From Spirochaetota bacterium (GTDB lineage: Bacteria; Spirochaetota; UBA4802; UBA5550): a stretch of DNA of 64,000 bases. The position numbers and the translations under genes were made by a program. Every line of letters begins with the position of its first letter. Position 1 is the stretch's first letter. The stretch covers positions 224,001 to 288,000 of the forward strand of contig CAXXHB010000002.1 of NCBI GenBank assembly GCA_963664815.2, read 5' to 3'. The notes below the pieces were generated by a model that had not been told where the DNA came from, ran no database searches, and saw nothing but the letters and a program-made list of their open reading frames with translations. Shown here piece by piece: positions 38,570-48,789 of this stretch.

Positions 38570-39328
38570 ATGATCAGAAAAGGTTTTCTTTTATCGATGG
38601 TTTTAGCGCTATCAGTGTGCTGTGCAGTTTCCGGATGCAGTAAAGAAAGTGCAAAGACTAAAAAATTAGTTATTGCAACTGACGCAACATGGCCTCCGAT
38701 GGAAAGTGTTGATGCTAATAAAAATATTGTTGGTTTCGATATTGATATGCTTAATGCTGCAGCAAAAGAGGGCGGTTTCCAGATTGAATTCATCAATCAG
38801 GCCTGGGATGGGATTTTCGCAGGACTGGCTGCTGCAAAATATGACGCTGTTGTCTCTTCTGTTACCATAACTGCAGAAAGGCAGAAAACCATGGATTTCT
38901 CAGTACCATATGTAAACTGCGGACAGATAATTGTTGTTAAAAAAGAACTTAATGGAATGGATAAGCTCTCTCAATTTGAAGGAAAAAAAGTCGGTGCCCA
39001 GATTGGAACAACAGGTGCCATCGAAATTGCAAAAATCAGCAAAATAACTCTTAAAAACTATGACGAAATAGGTCTTGCCATTGAAGACCTTGCCAAAGGA
39101 AGAATTGATGCTGTAGTATGTGATTCTCCTATCGCGGCAAATTATGCCCTCCAGAATCCCAAATATAAACCAATTCTTAAAATCGTCGGTCACCCTTTTA
39201 CAACTGAAGAATATGGTGTTGCAGTAACAAAAGGAAATAAAGAAGTCCTTGACTTAATCAACTCCGGTCTTAAAAAAGTTAAAGAAAAAGGGATAGACAA
39301 AGAGTTAGAGAAAAAGTGGCTAAGATAA
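38570..39328 (+). CDS. Polar (basic) amino acid ABC transporter substrate-binding lipoprotein
   Basis: Lipobox VSGC, DATWPPME, GFDID, WDGIF.GL, GAQIGTTG and EEYGVAV. Confidence 0.93.
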   Translation: MIRKGFLLSMVLALSVCCAVSGCSKESAKTKKLVIATDATWPPMESVDANKNIVGFDIDMLNAAAKEGGFQIEFINQAWDGIFAGLAAAKYDAVVSSVTITAERQKTMDFSVPYVNCGQIIVVKKELNGMDKLSQFEGKKVGAQIGTTGAIEIAKISKITLKNYDEIGLAIEDLAKGRIDAVVCDSPIAANYALQNPKYKPILKIVGHPFTTEEYGVAVTKGNKEVLDLINSGLKKVKEKGIDKELEKKWLR

Positions 39329-40140
39329 ATAACAAAACAAAAATCGAAATAACAGATGGAGTACTCATCCCTGCAAGGGATGATTCCTCCATATTCTCAG
39401 CATGGAGAATCGCATTTTATGGGGCAATATCAACACTGATATTGCTCCCTGTAATTACACCTGATCCATATCGTAAATTATTTAAGTTTGTCATAGGTTT
39501 TGATGACAACTGGAATTTTGACTTCGGGAACAGCGGTTTAATTAAGACATTTGAAGTAACAGTACTTTCCATAATTTTTGCACTACTTATCGGATTGATT
39601 GTAGGTCTTGGCAGGATTTCAAGATATCCTGTAATCAATTTAATATGCACTGTCTATGTTGAAGTAATAAGAGGGATCCCTCTCCTCGTTCAACTCTTTT
39701 ATATCTATTTTGCTCTCGCTAAATTTGTGAAAATAATGGATATCAGTGCCGCTGTAATTGCAATGGCCATCTGCTATGGAGCATATATCAGTGAAATATT
39801 CCGAGCAGGTATACAATCAATACCGAAAGGGCAAATGGAAGCTGCTCTCGCTCTTGGAATGTCGAGATCGCAGGCAATTTTCAGAATTATACTACCTCAG
39901 ACAATAAAAGTTGTTCTGCCGCCAATCGGAAACGAATTTATAGCGCTTCTGAAGGATTCCTCACTTGTATCAATTCTCGCCGTATCAGATCTTTTAAGAA
40001 GAGGAAGAGAATTTGCTTCAACAACTTTTTACTATTTTGAAACATTCACTATGGTTGCAATAATTTATCTGATCTTAACCCTTTTCTTTTCTAGACTCGT
40101 TGCAATTATGGAAGAGAGGATGAAAACAGATGCAAAATAG
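39316..40140 (+). CDS. Polar amino acid ABC transporter permease
   Basis: [34 protein letters not shown] and LLKDSSL. Confidence 0.95.
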   Translation: MAKINNKTKIEITDGVLIPARDDSSIFSAWRIAFYGAISTLILLPVITPDPYRKLFKFVIGFDDNWNFDFGNSGLIKTFEVTVLSIIFALLIGLIVGLGRISRYPVINLICTVYVEVIRGIPLLVQLFYIYFALAKFVKIMDISAAVIAMAICYGAYISEIFRAGIQSIPKGQMEAALALGMSRSQAIFRIILPQTIKVVLPPIGNEFIALLKDSSLVSILAVSDLLRRGREFASTTFYYFETFTMVAIIYLILTLFFSRLVAIMEERMKTDAK

Positions 40141-40867
40141 AGTTAAAGTAATCAATGTTTCAAAGAATTTCGGTCACGTTACAGCCCTTAAAAATGTCAG
40201 TCTTGAAGTTAAAAATGGTGATGTTTTTTTTATAATCGGTTCATCCGGAAGCGGAAAAAGTACTCTTCTGCGATGTATAAACAGACTTGAAAATGTCACA
40301 AGCGGTGATATCTGGATTGAAGAAGATCTTGTTACAGGACCAACAGCTAATATCAGGCTGATAAGAGAGGAGACGGGCATGGTATTCCAGTCTTTCAATC
40401 TATTCCCTCATCTAACAGTACTTGATAACATTACTCTTGCACCGAGAATTGTAAGAAAAATTGATCCGAAAGAAGCTGAAGAAAAGGGACGTGCCCTCCT
40501 GAAAAGAGTGGGTCTCTCTGATAAAGAAAAAGCATATCCCGAACAGCTGTCCGGGGGTCAGCAACAACGTGTTGCTATAGCCAGGGCTCTTGCTATGAAT
40601 CCCAAGGTAATACTTTTTGACGAACCGACATCGGCACTGGATCCTGAGATGACAAAAGAGGTTCTTGATGTAATGCTCGATCTTGCCAGGGAGGGAATGA
40701 CGATGATAGTTGTTTCCCATGAAATGGGTTTTGCCAAAGCTGCTGCAACTAAAGTAATATATATGGATGAAGCAGAAGTGATAGAAGTGGGAACTCCTGA
40801 TGAGATTTTTAATCATCCCCAAAAAGAGAGAACTCAGCGTTTTTTGAAAAATGTTCTGCATGCTTAA
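40130..40867 (+). CDS. Polar amino acid ABC transporter ATPase (GlnQ-like)
   Basis: [24 protein letters not shown] and [11 protein letters not shown]. Confidence 0.96.
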   Translation: MQNRVKVINVSKNFGHVTALKNVSLEVKNGDVFFIIGSSGSGKSTLLRCINRLENVTSGDIWIEEDLVTGPTANIRLIREETGMVFQSFNLFPHLTVLDNITLAPRIVRKIDPKEAEEKGRALLKRVGLSDKEKAYPEQLSGGQQQRVAIARALAMNPKVILFDEPTSALDPEMTKEVLDVMLDLAREGMTMIVVSHEMGFAKAAATKVIYMDEAEVIEVGTPDEIFNHPQKERTQRFLKNVLHA

Positions 40868-40890
40868 TATATCTTTAACACGCACTTTTT

Positions 40891-40916
40891 AAACCGGTCA
40901 ATAAGACCGGTTTTTT
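40891..40916 (+). terminator. Rho-independent terminator
   Basis: AAACCGGTC-AATAA-GACCGGTTTTTT. Confidence 0.75.
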
Positions 40917-41022
40917 ATACTTCAATAATATTTTCAAATTTCTGTTTTTATATACGATTAGAATTCTATTTGATATTTCTGACCAGTATCTGATAATAGA
41001 CAAAAAAAATGAGGTATCTCGT

Positions 41023-42627
41023 ATGAAAATTGAGTTTGTCGGCGGAGCAAGAACAGTTACAGGTTCTTCCTATATCATTAAAGATGACGACTTCACAATA
41101 ATGATAGATTGCGGCATGTTTCAGGGCAAGCATGAACTTATAGAGAGAAATCAGCTGCACCTGATCTATGCTCCTCATAAAATTGACTGCATGCTTCTTA
41201 CACACGCTCATATAGACCACAGTGGATTGATCCCCAAACTTGTAAAAGAAGGATTTTTTGGAAATATATATGCTACAAAAGCAACCGTTGACTTATGTTC
41301 TGTAATGCTTCCTGATAGTGCCCACATACAGGAAATGGATACCAAATGGACAAATAAACGGAACAAAAAACTTGGAAGACCTGAAGTAGATCCTCTTTAC
41401 ACAGTGGAGGATGCTGATAAATCATTAAGCCACTTTGTTCCTGTTAATTACGGTGAAATGATTCAGATACATCCCAGAATACAGGTAAGATTTCGTGATG
41501 CCGGACATATTCTTGGTTCTTCCTTTATTGAAATGTGGATAGATGAAAAAGGTAAGAAAACAAAAGTCGTATTTTCAGGAGATATAGGAACCAGAGACCA
41601 GCATATAATAAGGGATCCTGAACCGCTTGACGATGCGGATATTATTCTTATTGAATCCACTTATGGTGACAGATTACATAAAAACAGGGACGATACATAT
41701 ACTGAATTTAAAACTATTCTTCTGAATTCTATAAACAAAAACGGAAATATAATAATCCCCGCTTTTGCTATTGAAAGAACTCAGGAAATCATTTATACAC
41801 TTAACAGATTATTTAAAAACGGAGAACTGCCCCGAATCCCTGTTTTTATAGATTCACCATTAGCAATTTCCGCAACGGAGATATTCCGGGAAAATAAACA
41901 ATGTTTCGATGAAGAAATGATTCAAATTCTTATGTCAGGGGATAATCCTCTCGATTTCCCTAATTTAAAATTTACAAAAACAACCGAAGAATCCAAACTT
42001 CTGCAGGAAGCTAAAGGTGCAATTATTATCTCTGCAAGCGGAATGTGTACTGCAGGAAGAATTCAATATCATCTTCAGAACAATTTATATAAGAGTGAAT
42101 CCAGTATAATTTTTGTCGGTTATCAGGCTGAAGGGACTCTGGGAAGAAGAATCATTGACGGAGCAAAACAGGTAAAAATCTATGGAGAAGATATAGCGGT
42201 GAAAGCCCAGATTCATACTCTCGGAGGTTTTTCAGCTCATGCCGATAAAGACGGTCTCCTTAAATGGCTCAGCACTAATAAAAATCCCAAATTAAAAGTC
42301 TTTATTGTTCATGGAGAGGAGGAATCTGCTGAATATTTTGGAAAACTTGTAAGCAGCGAATTCGGCCTTGCTGCTTATGTTCCCAGATGGGGAGAGATAG
42401 TCGATCTTGAAACAATGCAGTCTGAAGTAGCTTCATATGGAACATCTGCTGATGATAGATTCTCACCTGTAGACAGTCAGATTGAAGCTCTTACCAACAG
42501 TTTAAAAATATTAAAAGAAAAATATAACAAAGCAAAATCTGAAAACAGGCTTGAATCTCTTAAAAAGCTTCAGGAAGATATTAACGATGCTAAAGAAATG
42601 TTATCAATGATAATAGACCGGCTTTAA
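41023..42627 (+). CDS. MBL-fold beta-CASP ribonuclease (YSH1/TTHA0252-like) with C-terminal coiled-coil tail
   Basis: GGARTVTGS, THAHIDHSG, AGHILGS, SGD, ESTYGDR, SGMCTAGRI, FSAHAD and VHGE. Confidence 0.92.
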   Translation: MKIEFVGGARTVTGSSYIIKDDDFTIMIDCGMFQGKHELIERNQLHLIYAPHKIDCMLLTHAHIDHSGLIPKLVKEGFFGNIYATKATVDLCSVMLPDSAHIQEMDTKWTNKRNKKLGRPEVDPLYTVEDADKSLSHFVPVNYGEMIQIHPRIQVRFRDAGHILGSSFIEMWIDEKGKKTKVVFSGDIGTRDQHIIRDPEPLDDADIILIESTYGDRLHKNRDDTYTEFKTILLNSINKNGNIIIPAFAIERTQEIIYTLNRLFKNGELPRIPVFIDSPLAISATEIFRENKQCFDEEMIQILMSGDNPLDFPNLKFTKTTEESKLLQEAKGAIIISASGMCTAGRIQYHLQNNLYKSESSIIFVGYQAEGTLGRRIIDGAKQVKIYGEDIAVKAQIHTLGGFSAHADKDGLLKWLSTNKNPKLKVFIVHGEEESAEYFGKLVSSEFGLAAYVPRWGEIVDLETMQSEVASYGTSADDRFSPVDSQIEALTNSLKILKEKYNKAKSENRLESLKKLQEDINDAKEMLSMIIDRL

Positions 42628-42739
42628 ACACTTTTAAACCGGATCAGAAAACATCGCGGCGCAGATTTCTATCTTCTGCGCCACTTTTTTAAAAATTTCT
42701 CTATACTATAGCATTTCACAATTGAAATAGAACATAGTC

Positions 42740-42845
42740 TGTCATTTCGAAAAAGCGATAGCGACTGAGAAATCTGGTATTTGCAGTAACTTTAATATTT
42801 CTCACACTTGTACTGAGTCTGTCGAAGTATACGTTCGAAATGACA
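42740..42845. repeat. Composite palindromic extragenic (REP/MITE-like) element
   Basis: 12-bp terminal IR TGTCATTTCGAA/TTCGAAATGACA, inner IR TGAGAAAT/ATTTCTCA and a nested ACTTGTACTGAGTCTGTCGAAGT unit. Confidence 0.65.
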
Positions 42846-42888
42846 AGACCTAATTATTTCGTTAACTTCTATGATAAAATAATAATAT

Positions 42889-43365
42889 TTATTTTAAGAA
42901 CATACCTTTTCTGCTTAACTGATGACAGATGGCAATAGCAAGTGCATCTGCCGCATCATCCGGTCCTTCAATAATATCAAGTTTAAGCAGCTTTTTCATC
43001 ATAAAATAGATCTGCTCTTTTGTTGCTTTCCCGTATCCTGTAACAGAATGTTTTATTTCGGTAGGAGAATACTCCGTAAAGTTAATACCTTTCAGCTTTA
43101 GTGTCAGACTTATTACACCTGCCGCTTTGGCAACTGGTATCGCAGTTTTTACATTTTTCTGGAAAAAAATTTTTTCCACAGCAGCACAGTCAGGAGTAAA
43201 TTTTTCTATAATATTATTAAGGCTCCTGTGAATATTCAGGAGCCTTTCATCAAAATCATCATTAACAGATGTTTTTATTATGCCATAGTTTTCTACTTTA
43301 AAATTATCATCAAGGATGGACCACCCGACTATATCATATCCGGGATCAATTCCAATAATTCTCAA
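42889..43365 (-). CDS. ruvC: Holliday junction resolvase
   Basis: IIGIDPG, AVEKIFF, EYSP..IK..VTGYG.ATK and PDDAADALAIAICH. Confidence 0.97.
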   Translation of the reverse strand: MRIIGIDPGYDIVGWSILDDNFKVENYGIIKTSVNDDFDERLLNIHRSLNNIIEKFTPDCAAVEKIFFQKNVKTAIPVAKAAGVISLTLKLKGINFTEYSPTEIKHSVTGYGKATKEQIYFMMKKLLKLDIIEGPDDAADALAIAICHQLSRKGMFLK

Positions 43366-43366
43366 A

Positions 43367-44116
43367 CTATTCCCCGATCTTAGCCATTATCTCATCAGGG
43401 ATATCGTAATTTGAATAAACTTCCTGAGTATCATCCTGATCTTCAAGCTGTTCCATTATCCTCAGGCACTGAGTTGCTTTTTTCTCATCAAGTACAACTG
43501 TAGTTTTTGGAATATATGTCAGCTGATTCATTAAAAGATGAAATTCTTTTTTTGAAAGAAAATCTGAAACCTGAACATACCCCTCAGGAGATGTTGTAAT
43601 TACAATGTTACCATCTTCACTCTTGATATCTTCAATATCAAAATCCAGAAGCATCTCTATAACTTCATCTTCGGTGATTTTTCCACCTTCAATAATCAGT
43701 ATCCCTTTCCTGTCAAAGAGGTAATTTACAGACCCTGTTTCTCCAAGGTTCCCGCCATTTTTACCCAGTATTGATCTGATTTCCGGAGTAGTCCGGTTTT
43801 TATTATCAGTAATACAATCAACCATGATAGCTACTCCACCTGGGCCGTAACCTTCATACCTGACCTCTTCATATACAGCTCCTTCAATGTTACCCATTCC
43901 TTTTTTTATAGCCCTGTCAATATTGTCATTGGGCATGTTTGAATCTTTGGCTTTTAAAACAGCTGTACGAAGCCTTGGATTTGAATCCAAATCCTCACCA
44001 CCAGCCCTCGCAGCAACAGTAATCTCCCTTATGAGTTTTGTAAAAAGAGCACCTCTTTTTGCATCAGTAACACCTTTCTTTCTTTTAATTGTAGACCACT
44101 TATTATGTCCTGACAT
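43367..44116 (-). CDS. yebC: YebC/PmpR family protein
   Basis: MSGHNKWSTIK, NPRLR, YEGYGPGG and TDNKNRT. Classic yebC-ruvC synteny. Confidence 0.97.
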   Translation of the reverse strand: MSGHNKWSTIKRKKGVTDAKRGALFTKLIREITVAARAGGEDLDSNPRLRTAVLKAKDSNMPNDNIDRAIKKGMGNIEGAVYEEVRYEGYGPGGVAIMVDCITDNKNRTTPEIRSILGKNGGNLGETGSVNYLFDRKGILIIEGGKITEDEVIEMLLDFDIEDIKSEDGNIVITTSPEGYVQVSDFLSKKEFHLLMNQLTYIPKTTVVLDEKKATQCLRIMEQLEDQDDTQEVYSNYDIPDEIMAKIGE

Positions 44117-44251
44117 AAAAACCTCTTAGATAAATACTTATTTTAATATATGGAAAAAAACTATTTTTCTTTTATATAATATTCAATGATATAATACAAA
44201 CAGATTTTAATATGGAAAAATAATATATTTTTAAATATGAATTGCAATATA

Positions 44252-45538
44252 CTAATACCCCCTTTTAATTTTCAACTGTAATTTTACAATCATCTTTCTT
44301 GCATCATTAGAGTTATAATCATATTTCACTGCTTCCCTGTAAAACTTAATCGCCTCTTCATATCTTTCATTCTTTTCATTTGACACAGCAATTAACCATC
44401 TAAGTCTCCCCGGCTCCAGTTTATTGAATTCTAACTGAAGATTTTCCAGTTCTTTATCAATCTTATTCCTGTCATCTGTCAGAATTTCATAATCTTCATA
44501 TTTCTCAAATTCTTTGTTATTAATTAACGCTTCTTTCAGTTTATTCATTCTGGAATTAACTTCATTTCTTTCACTGGTTTTTGTTTCAATCAATTCAAGA
44601 ACTTTAATCTGGTATTTAATACATTCATTATAAAATATCAGGGCTTTATCATATTTTAAATTATTATAAGACATATCCCCAAGATATTCATATGATTTTG
44701 ATCTTCTGAAAATATCCCCCTCTTTAAGGATTTTAATAGCCCTTTGAAGAGATGACTCTGCTAAAATATAATTCCCTGTTTTTTTATAAGAAATATACCC
44801 AAGTGCAAAAAGAATTTCAGCATTATCCGGCTTCATGCGCAGATATTCATTATAGTATTTTTCTGTTTCGAGATATTTTTCCAGGCTCTCATAAAGGTTA
44901 CCGAGCTTTAAATATATTTCCGGTTTTATCTCATTTTCTGTATTTTCAACATATCGTTTTAAATGGAAAATTGCCTTTTTTTTATCTCTTGTTACAGATA
45001 ACTCATTACCTATCTCTAATGAATATTTATATTCACCCGGATTTAAATCATACGCCTGTTCCAATGCATCAATATATCCCTTAAAATATATTTTTTCGTT
45101 ATACATCCTGAAAACCTGGGCAATTTCATAAAATACGACATCATCCCTGCGTAATTCGAGGTTCCTGAACCGCAAAGACTGTATATAATGGTTTAATCCA
45201 TCCTTTTTTTTCCCGAGTTTTATATAGCATCGCGCAGCATAAAAATGTAATTCCGCCAAATCCTTATTTTCCTCTATGAAAAAACCTTTCTCTTTTCTCT
45301 TTCTGAATAGAGTAAGAAGATCAGCGCTTTCACTGACATTACTCAATGCAAGATACCCTGCCGGAATTCTTTTATCTTCAATTTTCTTTTCATACATGAT
45401 TGTTAGCTTTGAATTAATGATCTCAAGCGATTTGTCATATTCTTTATTATTATAAAAAGAAATATAATCCTCCCCGCTCTGACCGAACAGAGAACTGAAA
45501 AAAAATATTAAAAACAGCAATACTAATTTTTTTTCCAT
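44252..45538 (-). CDS. Exported TPR-repeat protein
   Basis: Signal peptide, several TPR-like repeats (IYLKLGNLYE, YEYLGDMSY..Y.KAL.FY) and an inserted coiled coil. Confidence 0.7.
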   Translation of the reverse strand: MEKKLVLLFLIFFFSSLFGQSGEDYISFYNNKEYDKSLEIINSKLTIMYEKKIEDKRIPAGYLALSNVSESADLLTLFRKRKEKGFFIEENKDLAELHFYAARCYIKLGKKKDGLNHYIQSLRFRNLELRRDDVVFYEIAQVFRMYNEKIYFKGYIDALEQAYDLNPGEYKYSLEIGNELSVTRDKKKAIFHLKRYVENTENEIKPEIYLKLGNLYESLEKYLETEKYYNEYLRMKPDNAEILFALGYISYKKTGNYILAESSLQRAIKILKEGDIFRRSKSYEYLGDMSYNNLKYDKALIFYNECIKYQIKVLELIETKTSERNEVNSRMNKLKEALINNKEFEKYEDYEILTDDRNKIDKELENLQLEFNKLEPGRLRWLIAVSNEKNERYEEAIKFYREAVKYDYNSNDARKMIVKLQLKIKRGY

Positions 45539-45738
45539 TTTACATTTCCCGCTGAAACATAAATTACATATTTTTACTCTTTATAATTATCGGAAAAAAT
45601 TGATTGTAAAAATCATTCTTTGCTTTTTAATTTTTGCATAATAAATTTATAATTTTTAACAAAAACATACCGATTTTATTATAGATAATCTTTTAAAAAG
45701 AATTTAATAGTACGTGTTCTAATGAGGAGTCTCCATAA

Positions 45739-48732
45739 ATGAGTCATTTTAAACAATTCAGTTATCCTGATATATCAAAAAGATGGATGATTCTTATCTC
45801 TGTTTTCCTATTATTTTTCGAACTGATAACACTGCTATCAGATATAATAATCTCACTTAAGCAATTTTTTCCATATTTTCCTATAATAAGAACAGTTCTA
45901 ATTATTGCGTTGTTATCATTCTTAGCTGGAAGTATAATTGGAAAAATTATTTATTCATCATTAAAAAAATTCAGACTTATCAATATAACATCATCATTTC
46001 TTCTTTTTTCAATATTCTTTTTTTATTATTTTAAAGTTCAGCTTTTCGGTCAGAATTTTACACATTTTAATCTTTATGTTCAATCAAGATATCTTGCAAC
46101 ACTATTAATAGTTATTCCATCATTTTTAGCTGGTTTGATTAATTGTTATTTTATCAAGATCTCAACAGGAGATTTTATTGATGAAAAAAATCTCCTCTCC
46201 AGCTATCTGATTTTTTTCTTTCTGGGCATCTCTTCAGCAGCTGCTTTTTCATTAATCATGCATTTAATATATCCGGAAGTTTTTTATCTCCGGTATTTCT
46301 ATATTTTTATAACATTTATCCTCATAGTTTTCGCATGTTTTATTAATATTCCATTTATTCCTGAATCACTGATAGCTCAACATTATCCCGATGATGACCA
46401 TATAGAACAGGAAATGCAGATTCACAGGGAAGATCTTTTTTATGCATATATCAATTTTTCATATATAATCATTTACCTTTACCTTGGATTGATTTCATTC
46501 AATAAATTCTTTGGAAATATATACTATTATAACTCTGTTTTTATATCTGTTTCATTGATATCTCTTGTAATAGGAATAATTATTGGAACGATTAAAAAAT
46601 TTTCTTCCTGGCATATATTCAGCGAAATGCTTTTCCCTCTCTTCTTTTTATGTTACCTGTTCTTTCTCTTTAATTATGAAAATAAAATCAGCGCTCCGAC
46701 AGGATTTCTTATTCTGATTCTGCCATCTCTTGTCTTCGGTTTCTCTTTGAAACAGACAGTACTCAATATTACTCACCATTTTGATCATGAAAAAAGATTC
46801 AATATAATTAATTTTTCACTATTCATCCTTCCAATCCCCATTGTTATAGCAGCATCCCTTGTTCCTTATACAAACCTTTCTTTTTTTCTGATACTCTATG
46901 TCATAACGTTTCTCAATATAATCATACCAGGTTTATACCTGTTAAATTCATCCCTGAGTTCGGGGAAAAAACTTTTTTACTTTTTCTTCTCACTTCTTTT
47001 TATTCCTGCAATAATCTTCATGCACCTTTACTATAAAATTCCATTAAATAATAAAGCATTTGTTAACAATATTTCAAATTTTGAATTACTGCGAAACACA
47101 AATTATAATCTGCCATATATTGGTGAAAGAGGTGAAATAAAAAAATCTGATTCAACAATTTTTTATCTGTCTGACAACACAATAAAAAATTTAAAAAGAG
47201 CCGTGGCGACCACCTCCCTTTTTTGTGAAGAAGATTCAAAAATACTTGTGATAGACAGTAATCAGAAGTTTTTCAGAAATCCGCTTTTCGGATTTTATAA
47301 TAATGCAACTATAATTGATAATATCTCTTCAGAATTTGTAAATAATAATAAACTCCCTGTCTCAGGAAGAGAGTTATATGTCGCTCAGGAGAAAGAGATT
47401 TTAAATTTTCTGATAGATAATAAAGATAAGTACTTTTCAATTATTGATGCTCCGAATATTCTCGATCAGAATTTTCACTCATATCGATTTTCTAAAGAAT
47501 ATTATTCATTAATAAAAAACAGACTCCCCCAAAACGGACTATATATAAATATAATAGACCTTCAGCTTGCAAACTATAATCTGATTAACAATTCATTATC
47601 AGCCATTTCCGATTTATATAAATATCACCTTGTTTTTCTTTTCTCAAACTTTGCTCTTACAATTTCATCTGATAGTATTGAAAGCCTGAAAATCAGTCAA
47701 AACTCCATTAAACGAATCAATAAAATAATACAGAATAATTCCATTTATGGACTGATCTTCTTCGATGAAACACATCCTTTCAATAATTTACTGTTTAATG
47801 ATCTTAACATCTTTCAGAATTTTCTTACTACATCAACAAAAATAAACTCTTATATATACTCTTCTGTTGAGATTAAAAACATTCCTGAACAGCTAACCGA
47901 ATTCTATTTTTCATATAAGAATGAATGGATAAATTCTCTTTTTATAATTGATAAAGATAGTCAGACATTTATGACTTCATTTAAATCTGATCTGCAGAAA
48001 AACGAACCAATTCTTGAAATTATTAAAAAAGCTGAATATGCTGAATCAATAAATGCATATGATCAGGAAACAATTCTCCTTTTTCAATTAAAGAAATACG
48101 AACCCTACAATATTGAAATGAAAAATTATCTCCAGCGAATCATGGAATTTAAAGAAAACTATTATTTCAGTGAAGCGCTGAGACTTGAAAAAGAAAAAAA
48201 ATGGGATGATGCAGCAATTCTGTACAGAGCAATTCTGACTATGAACAACGACAACTTTGATGCAAATTACAGATTTGGCCTTTTATACATAACGCTTCAG
48301 GACTTAAATAATGCCTTCAAATACCTTGATACGGCCTTGAAACTTAATAAAAACCATCCACAGGTTCTTTATCAGATGGGTATCCTGTTATTTTCCAGTG
48401 ACAAATTTAAAGAATCAATAGATTATCTCGAAAAAGCCAAGGAACTTGGAATTAATACCGCTACTCTTTATTTATATCTTGGAATTTCTTATGAAAAACA
48501 AAATCAGCTTGATAAGGCTAAAGAAAATCTCGAAAAAGCTGCCGTTCTGGATCCCAGCGATGCAAAACTTCAATCACTAATAAACCAGTTGAATAATAAA
48601 ATCATTATTGAGACAGATCAGGGTTTGACTGAAGAAAAGAAAAATATGTCAGATGATGAGCAGGATGAAGAAATAAAAATCCCTGTCAATAAAAAAGCAA
48701 TCAAAGCGAGGCTTAAAGATAATGAACAATAA
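45739..48732 (+). CDS. Polytopic membrane protein with degenerate spermidine-synthase-like domain and C-terminal TPRs
   Basis: About 12-13 TM helices. The soluble domain has KILVID, KYFSIID.P and FSKEYY..IK.RL..NGLY. About 4 TPRs (DANYRFGLLY, VLYQMGILLF, LYLYLGISYE). Confidence 0.6.
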   Translation: MSHFKQFSYPDISKRWMILISVFLLFFELITLLSDIIISLKQFFPYFPIIRTVLIIALLSFLAGSIIGKIIYSSLKKFRLINITSSFLLFSIFFFYYFKVQLFGQNFTHFNLYVQSRYLATLLIVIPSFLAGLINCYFIKISTGDFIDEKNLLSSYLIFFFLGISSAAAFSLIMHLIYPEVFYLRYFYIFITFILIVFACFINIPFIPESLIAQHYPDDDHIEQEMQIHREDLFYAYINFSYIIIYLYLGLISFNKFFGNIYYYNSVFISVSLISLVIGIIIGTIKKFSSWHIFSEMLFPLFFLCYLFFLFNYENKISAPTGFLILILPSLVFGFSLKQTVLNITHHFDHEKRFNIINFSLFILPIPIVIAASLVPYTNLSFFLILYVITFLNIIIPGLYLLNSSLSSGKKLFYFFFSLLFIPAIIFMHLYYKIPLNNKAFVNNISNFELLRNTNYNLPYIGERGEIKKSDSTIFYLSDNTIKNLKRAVATTSLFCEEDSKILVIDSNQKFFRNPLFGFYNNATIIDNISSEFVNNNKLPVSGRELYVAQEKEILNFLIDNKDKYFSIIDAPNILDQNFHSYRFSKEYYSLIKNRLPQNGLYINIIDLQLANYNLINNSLSAISDLYKYHLVFLFSNFALTISSDSIESLKISQNSIKRINKIIQNNSIYGLIFFDETHPFNNLLFNDLNIFQNFLTTSTKINSYIYSSVEIKNIPEQLTEFYFSYKNEWINSLFIIDKDSQTFMTSFKSDLQKNEPILEIIKKAEYAESINAYDQETILLFQLKKYEPYNIEMKNYLQRIMEFKENYYFSEALRLEKEKKWDDAAILYRAILTMNNDNFDANYRFGLLYITLQDLNNAFKYLDTALKLNKNHPQVLYQMGILLFSSDKFKESIDYLEKAKELGINTATLYLYLGISYEKQNQLDKAKENLEKAAVLDPSDAKLQSLINQLNNKIIIETDQGLTEEKKNMSDDEQDEEIKIPVNKKAIKARLKDNEQ

Positions 48733-48789
48733 AACCGCAGATTTTTTTATTCTACGGTTTTAAAAGACATTAAACAGAATTTAATTTTT

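Noticed and set aside
41023-44116. beta-CASP nuclease plus RuvC as a defence system
   Set aside because: The genes are convergent, yebC-ruvC is standard housekeeping synteny, and the nuclease belongs to a widespread RNA-processing family.
44252-48732. Low-GC block as a genomic island
   Set aside because: No integrase, att repeats or tRNA are present. The composition is partly explained by Phe/Ile/Lys/Asn-rich proteins.
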